A stretch of DNA of 20,000 bases. Source: an uncultured virus (IMG/VR IMGVR_UViG_3300025327_000500). Taxonomy: Duplodnaviria > Heunggongvirae > Uroviricota > Caudoviricetes. Each line of letters opens with the position of its first letter. Positions within the stretch are counted from its first letter, which is position 1. The stretch lies in the IMG/VR virus record IMGVR_UViG_3300025327_000500. The stretch is one strand, 5' to 3'. A model generated the notes under the pieces. The model was not told the DNA's origin, made no database searches, and saw nothing but the letters and a program-made list of their open reading frames with translations. The position numbers and the translations under genes were made by a program. Shown here in pieces: positions 16,901-20,000 of this stretch.

Positions 16901-17515
16901 AAAGAAAGAATATGTAGCCATATCTGAATGGCTTCCAACAGGAGCGTCATCCATTGTTGCTCCAAGCGCATCTGCACAATCAGAAATTAGAAATTTTCCA
17001 TTGTTATAAACTAACTCTGAGATTGCATATTCAGCATACGGAAATCCTAATGTATGCGTAAGCATCGCTCCCACCACATCATCTCTTTTGAGTAATTCTC
17101 CCAACAAATCATAATTATACCCAAAGTTATCCAAATTTATGTTGATGAATAATGGGATTAGATTATTCTGAATTATAGGAGCAACCGTAGTAGGAAATGC
17201 TACAGCACAGGTAATTACTTTCTTTCCATCAGGAATTTCTAAATGATCCTTTATGGCCGTTATAGCCAATAAATTAGCAGACGATCCAGAGTTTACTAAT
17301 ACGGCGTGTCTTTGCTTAGTTACAGAACATAATTCATGTCTGAAAGCATCACATACTTTACTCTCAGTAAACCATCCATCTAATACAACAGAGACAACAG
17401 CTTCAATGTCAGAGGCATCGAGAATTGCTCCCGATACTGGAACTGTATCATCTTTTAGTGGTATTCCATATTGCCAATACTCACGAACTAAATCTAATAT
17501 CTCTTGTTTCTTCAT
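13997..17515 (-). CDS. rfbH: CDP-4-keto-6-deoxyglucose 3-dehydrase (E1/RfbH/DdhC-type, DegT/DnrJ/EryC1/StrS family) precursor with two inteins; 416 aa after splicing
   Basis: LVNSGSSANLLA, FPTTVAPIIQ, HTLGFP, DCADALG, SFFPAHHIT|TGEGG (His in place of the Schiff-base Lys), WGRA|CWCEPGQSNTC..LPQGYDHKY, GYNLKMTEMQGALG, FAGNIIRHP, FWVGVWPGL. GAGGAG SD. Confidence 0.92.
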   Translation of the reverse strand: MKKQEILDLVREYWQYGIPLKDDTVPVSGAILDASDIEAVVSVVLDGWFTESKVCDAFRHELCSVTKQRHAVLVNSGSSANLLAITAIKDHLEIPDGKKVITCAVAFPTTVAPIIQNNLIPLFININLDNFGYNYDLLGELLKRDDVVGAMLTHTLGFPYAEYAISELVYNNGKFLISDCADALGATMDDAPVGSHSDMATYSFFPAHHITSLDYSEPIMVMNKHTEIEILEIGKFVETRFRDVDDWKCVSFDKNGELKFRKITGVVSHPINESLYKVTVQTGRNSIVSASHSVFTRKGDDIVPVEVSSLSVGDMIFVPNKLPNPENCSSILYTNYKRGSWEVFFEDIDVTDELGELLGYYIAEGSLYKTSKGNYNIQFTFGSDEKEYAKAVANDLLVMFDIKSRIYIKDSKCMVMASNKALYEFLFYECGNGAGNKRIPSFMFSASSSVKEVFIQAYFNGDGCEHSTYGKHIGFSKDSKTISKWLATDLYYLLLQLGINSRFSMEKGKQRDFGEYMSNCKDAYSICYSSKSIVDSDGFRCEKMNKTRKIGDLSLVKITKIEKVTPTSNNVYDLSVSGYENFVGGIGMVLHNTGEGGAVLTSNSKLYRLLQQYSNWGRACFIAGTMISTYSGVVPIEQIYFGYWVKSHAGEYKRVSKTFKRQYNGKLYEIKSKTRPTISVTSEHPFYVQRNGIKEWVCAKDLTSKDILLEAIPKRNEKNKTMYLTYKTLYTTKEEHITPNKDLARLLGYWIAEGSLAKALKGKSGYKENKYTAYWVDFSFNANEIEYIADVKSLMKKYFGVSGSQRILHKSDGISLTFKTRKGYEFFTWFGSRAETKALPGFVLDWSVDLLIEFVKGFWRGDGSSSYQGFSMFSVSIFLIEQIREVLLRCGVIGSQWKRKYNAYTSSIVNGKDITSKNELHALHIYGKNAELFGRLIGEEYIARSNRRLAWIDSEYAYYPITSITISDVQNIDVYNLEVDDDHSYHANGIAVHNCWCEPGQSNTCNKRFEQNFPFLPQGYDHKYTFTKVGYNLKMTEMQGALGLSQIKRLSTFVEKRRQNWYYLYRNLSDINEIAYVLPEYEFSPFGFPIRVLDGDARGLIAHLEKNGVRTRRIFAGNIIRHPMMDGVEYETVVSLDNADLVMNSMFWVGVWPGLEQWQLDKIVNTIKEYYR
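14534..15658 (-). mobile_element. Intein 2 (375 aa, precursor residues 620-994) with LAGLIDADG homing endonuclease
   Basis: Starts CFIAGTMI, block B VTSEHPFY, ends VYNLEVDDDHSYHANGIAVHN/C. Endonuclease motifs LLGYWIAEGS, TKALP, FVKGFWRGDG. Removal restores WGRA-CWCEPG. Confidence 0.95.
15740..16882 (-). mobile_element. Intein 1 (381 aa, precursor residues 212-592) with LAGLIDADG homing endonuclease
   Basis: Starts SLDYSEPIMV, block B VSASHSVF, ends VYDLSVSGYENFVGGIGMVLHN/T. Endonuclease motifs LLGYYIAEGS, NKRIP, FIQAYFNGDG. Removal restores HHIT-TGEGG. Confidence 0.93.
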
Positions 17516-17534
17516 TTATTCTCCTCTATATATT

Positions 17535-17906
17535 TTATGGTATAGAAATAATCGCTATCTTATCACTAAGCAATGCCCATATAAATCCACTAAATGCTAG
17601 TAAAAATGCGACCAGTAAAGAATAAAAAACTCTGGATAATATCTTCATAACTGAGTACAATTTATTTACGGTTTCTTTCAAATCAGAAACCTCACTTTCC
17701 AAGGTTTTTATGTCCTCCTCCATTGTCTTTATTTTGAGTGAATTTGCATTTACCTGTTCCACAAGTGTTGCGTTCCTCTTTTCGTAATAGAGTTGAAAAT
17801 CAGCTAAACCCGTGGCAACCGTTTTCATATCTGTGGCAATTTCCTTCATATCACATTTCAACGCTTCTAAACGTTCTATAATAACAGCCTGATTAGATGG
17901 AGGCAT
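17535..17906 (-). CDS. Coiled-coil protein with C-terminal transmembrane helix, 123 aa (XhlA/holin-like architecture)
   Basis: Heptad repeats (IKTMEEDIKTLESEVSDLKETVNKL) followed by hydrophobic VFYSLLVAFLLAFSGFIWALL. GAGGAG SD. Confidence 0.75.
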   Translation of the reverse strand: MPPSNQAVIIERLEALKCDMKEIATDMKTVATGLADFQLYYEKRNATLVEQVNANSLKIKTMEEDIKTLESEVSDLKETVNKLYSVMKILSRVFYSLLVAFLLAFSGFIWALLSDKIAIISIP

Positions 17907-17909
17907 ATT

Positions 17910-18605
17910 CTACTCCTCAGATAAAAAATTTTGCCACTTTTGAATAAAAACTTCTCTGTTTCTCTTTGTATGTGCTAATCTATCCACATTCATATTCATA
18001 ATTGTTCGCCCTCCTAAATGTGTAAGAAAATGACTTTGTAAATCTATTAGATTATACCCTAATGATAATGCTTTAGTAGATAAATCTAAATCCTCATAAT
18101 CGAATTTTCCATAACTCTCTACGTCCCACCCACCTAACTCTTTCCATGCTTCTCTTGTGCAAGCAATAAAAAACCCTTCCAGATATGGAACAATCTTTTT
18201 CTTTCCATTTATTTCAAATTCATTCCATCCAGCAGGAAAATAAATTAGTCTGTTGCCAACTAACATTTTCTGATCCTTCTCAAATGCTTCTACCATTTGT
18301 GGAATAAAGTTGCCAGATAAAACCACATCATTAGAATAAAATACAAAAACGTCTCCAGTAGCAATCTTAGCACCTTCATTGTGTGATCCTCCGAAACCTA
18401 AATTAGTCTCATTCTTTCGATATAAAATCTTGTGTTTTGCTGCACCTTTTTGCCAAAAGGATACACTTCCACTTACATCATCTGTTGAACAATCGTTTAC
18501 CAAACAAATCTCTACATCTGTCGGTAAATATTTATAGAACTCAAATAATCTAGCATGGGTCAATTCCCATCCGTTATAAAACGGCATAATAATAGATATT
18601 TTCAT
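17910..18605 (-). CDS. Glycosyltransferase family 2
   Basis: ISIIMPFYN, LVNDCSTD, NLGFGGSHNEG, FVFYSNDV, LGGWD..FDYEDLDLS. Confidence 0.92.
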   Translation of the reverse strand: MKISIIMPFYNGWELTHARLFEFYKYLPTDVEICLVNDCSTDDVSGSVSFWQKGAAKHKILYRKNETNLGFGGSHNEGAKIATGDVFVFYSNDVVLSGNFIPQMVEAFEKDQKMLVGNRLIYFPAGWNEFEINGKKKIVPYLEGFFIACTREAWKELGGWDVESYGKFDYEDLDLSTKALSLGYNLIDLQSHFLTHLGGRTIMNMNVDRLAHTKRNREVFIQKWQNFLSEE

Positions 18606-18835
18606 TTTTTATTCAATGCCTTTTTCCATATATTTTCTACTTGGTCAACCGTTTCCGAAAGTATCTTCATTATTACATACGATTCAATCTCCAATTCCCA
18701 TAATTCCTTGTCAAGTTTATTATGAGAATACCAAAATCTCTTCCAACGAGATAGCTTTTTCCATTCTTCTTGTACTTGTCTTTGTATCCTATCCCTAGTT
18801 TCAGTATTTCTGGCGGCTCGTACAAAATCATTCAT
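18602..18835 (-). CDS. Hypothetical protein, 77 aa
   Basis: GGAG SD, abuts the upstream stop, ATGA overlap with the GT2 gene. Helical, LSRWKRFW motif. Confidence 0.7.
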   Translation of the reverse strand: MNDFVRAARNTETRDRIQRQVQEEWKKLSRWKRFWYSHNKLDKELWELEIESYVIMKILSETVDQVENIWKKALNKK

Positions 18836-19126
18836 TTAGTTTCTTGCTCCATAATTATGATATACCTCTCTGAAACGGTTTGCTCGTTCTCCATCCTCTA
18901 AACATTCCAGAACTACCGTCCAAGGTAAGTTTTGCTGTAGCCCACATACAATACAACCAGGAAAAGGAATAATAACAACGTGACTTTTATTTTGTATCCC
19001 TAAGTAAATCATGGGAGTATATTTGATCTTTAGAGTATTACCACACCTACAATTCATGGCTATATTCGTAGCATAGCCAACTGTATAAGGAGAAAATTCA
19101 CAAAAGGAGCACTTACTCTTTTCCAT
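18836..19126 (-). CDS. Cys-rich hypothetical protein (putative zinc ribbon), about 96 aa
   Basis: CSFC, CRCG, CIVCG. The likely start is ATG 19126 (MEKSK), a 14-nt overlap with rmlD, rather than 19165; a later Met is also possible. Confidence 0.6.
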   Translation of the reverse strand: MEKSKCSFCEFSPYTVGYATNIAMNCRCGNTLKIKYTPMIYLGIQNKSHVVIIPFPGCIVCGLQQNLPWTVVLECLEDGERANRFREVYHNYGARN

Positions 19127-19952
19127 ACATAAATGCTCTCTGCACGTACATATCTTGTAACCCATCCAGAACCGAATAAATAGGAATACCTAATTTAATA
19201 GCTACTTTGGTTGTAAGTCCAGCATTTTTAGGTCTAGGAGCAATTCCACCAACTTTATTCGTTGGATGGAGCAAATCTATTCTATCTCCCCACCCAAACA
19301 TATTTATTGCCATTATCGCCAGATCATATCTGCTCATTACTTCTTTACCAACGATATTTACAATCTTAGGTCGGACATCTAATAATGCTAATGCTACCAA
19401 TGCCTCAGCTAAATGTAAAATATATGTAGGATTACCAAATAAATTATTAGGAATTGTGATCTCCTTTCCATCTTTAATCTGTTTCAGAACTTTAGTTACA
19501 AAATCTGCTTTGTGTCCACCATATAAGGACATTGTTCTGACAACACAATCTCCACGGACATCATATTCTAATAGTCGTTGTTCCCCACCTAATTTAGACC
19601 TCCCATATACAGAGATTGGATTTGGCTCATCTTGTTCAGTATAAGGGGTTTTCTTCTTGCCATCGAATACATAAGCTGTACTGATATGAATAATGTTATC
19701 CATAAATTCATCTCTAACGTTTGCTATTGCAGCACAGTTCACTTGATATGCTAACTGCGATAGTTCATCTTCACATTCATCTACATCAGTTATAGCAGCA
19801 GTATTAATTATTACATCTGGATGCACTTTCCTAAGAGATTGTGAAATGGACTTCTTATTCTGAATGTCACACTCCATAGGAATACAACCGTGGCTTATAA
19901 GCTCATATCCTAAGTTTCCATTACATCCAATTACCCCAATGGTTTTTTTCAC
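19113..19952 (-). CDS. rmlD: dTDP-4-dehydrorhamnose reductase-like (RmlD/RfbD extended SDR)
   Basis: GCNGNLG, PDVIINTAAITDVDECE, IHISTAYVFDG, YTEQDEPNPISVYGRSKLGGE (YxxxK), GNPTY, APRPKN. GTG start with GGAGA SD. Confidence 0.92.
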   Translation of the reverse strand: MKKTIGVIGCNGNLGYELISHGCIPMECDIQNKKSISQSLRKVHPDVIINTAAITDVDECEDELSQLAYQVNCAAIANVRDEFMDNIIHISTAYVFDGKKKTPYTEQDEPNPISVYGRSKLGGEQRLLEYDVRGDCVVRTMSLYGGHKADFVTKVLKQIKDGKEITIPNNLFGNPTYILHLAEALVALALLDVRPKIVNIVGKEVMSRYDLAIMAINMFGWGDRIDLLHPTNKVGGIAPRPKNAGLTTKVAIKLGIPIYSVLDGLQDMYVQRAFMYGKE

Positions 19953-19954
19953 AA

Positions 19955-20000
19955 TTATAAATCTCCAAATATATTATAAAACAAACTGCCATCTAAACAT
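19955..20000 (-). CDS. Probable C-terminal end of an upstream gene (...CLDGSLFYNIFGDL*)
   Basis: Open frame from the window edge to TAA 2 nt before the rmlD GTG, consistent with the tight coupling seen elsewhere. Confidence 0.3.
   Translation of the reverse strand, partial: CLDGSLFYNIFGDL

Noticed and set aside
13997..17515. Annotation as an ordinary DegT/DnrJ sugar aminotransferase or a multidomain fusion
   Set aside because: The Schiff-base Lys position is His and the C-x-C-x7-C-x16-H motif is present, indicating an E1-type dehydrase. The extra length is fully explained by two inteins.
545..19644. All plus-strand ORFs in the track (e.g. 5402-5755, 9142-9540, 17253-17600, 19207-19644)
   Set aside because: They lie antisense to well-supported minus-strand genes, have no recognisable motifs or SD sites, and show the Ile/Ser/Phe-rich composition of shadow frames.
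1275..19952. Standard cellular O-antigen or capsule operon
   Set aside because: No flippase, polymerase, chain-length regulator, ABC exporter or priming transferase in the window, and it is interspersed with phage-like micro-ORFs, inteins and a structural-like gene. Disfavoured rather than disproved, since the flanks are unseen.
19953..20000. Two TATAAT hexamers on the minus strand upstream of rmlD as a sigma70 promoter
   Set aside because: No properly spaced -35 or TGn extension, one copy lies downstream of the SD, the region is AT-rich, and it is probably the coding tail of the upstream gene.
1..20000. Stop-codon reassignment (TAG or TGA recoding as in some large phages)
   Set aside because: Genes are full length under code 11. 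TAG and TGA both end genes exactly where family C-termini and the next gene's SD or start occur.
1..20000. CRISPR array, tRNA, rRNA, IS element or tandem repeat
   Set aside because: Coding density is nearly complete, the only notable intergenic gap is about 100 bp, and no repeat-spacer pattern, cloverleaf or transposase was seen by eye.

Overview
The window is a single, tightly packed minus-strand gene array of about 28 CDSs. Many genes are joined by ATGA/GTGA overlaps and have strong AGGAG-type Shine-Dalgarno sites. It looks like part of a large bacteriophage or prophage genome, though no capsid, terminase or integrase is present to prove this. About 18.7 kb forms a glycan or sugar-tailoring locus with seven glycosyltransferases (4 GT2, 3 GT-B), an RmlD-like NDP-4-keto-sugar reductase, and an RfbH/E1-type PMP/[2Fe-2S] C3-dehydrase. 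It also holds three class I SAM methyltransferases (two are paralogues flanking a radical SAM/SPASM gene), a cobalamin-binding radical SAM enzyme, a CBS-less IMPDH/GMP-reductase-family enzyme and an orphan N6/N4 DNA methyltransferase. Small hypothetical, often Cys-rich ORFs lie between these. The locus runs directly into a higher-GC, Thr/Ala/Gly-rich virion-structural-like gene at the left end. The most striking feature is the E1 dehydrase, which is split by two full-length LAGLIDADG inteins only 27 aa apart. One sits three residues after the catalytic His, and the other uses the first Fe-S ligand Cys as its +1 nucleophile. Best overall hypothesis (inference): a virus-encoded pathway that builds an unusual deoxygenated, methylated glycan for virion, or alternatively DNA or host-surface, modification. 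All family assignments come from motif recognition by eye; no database search was run.
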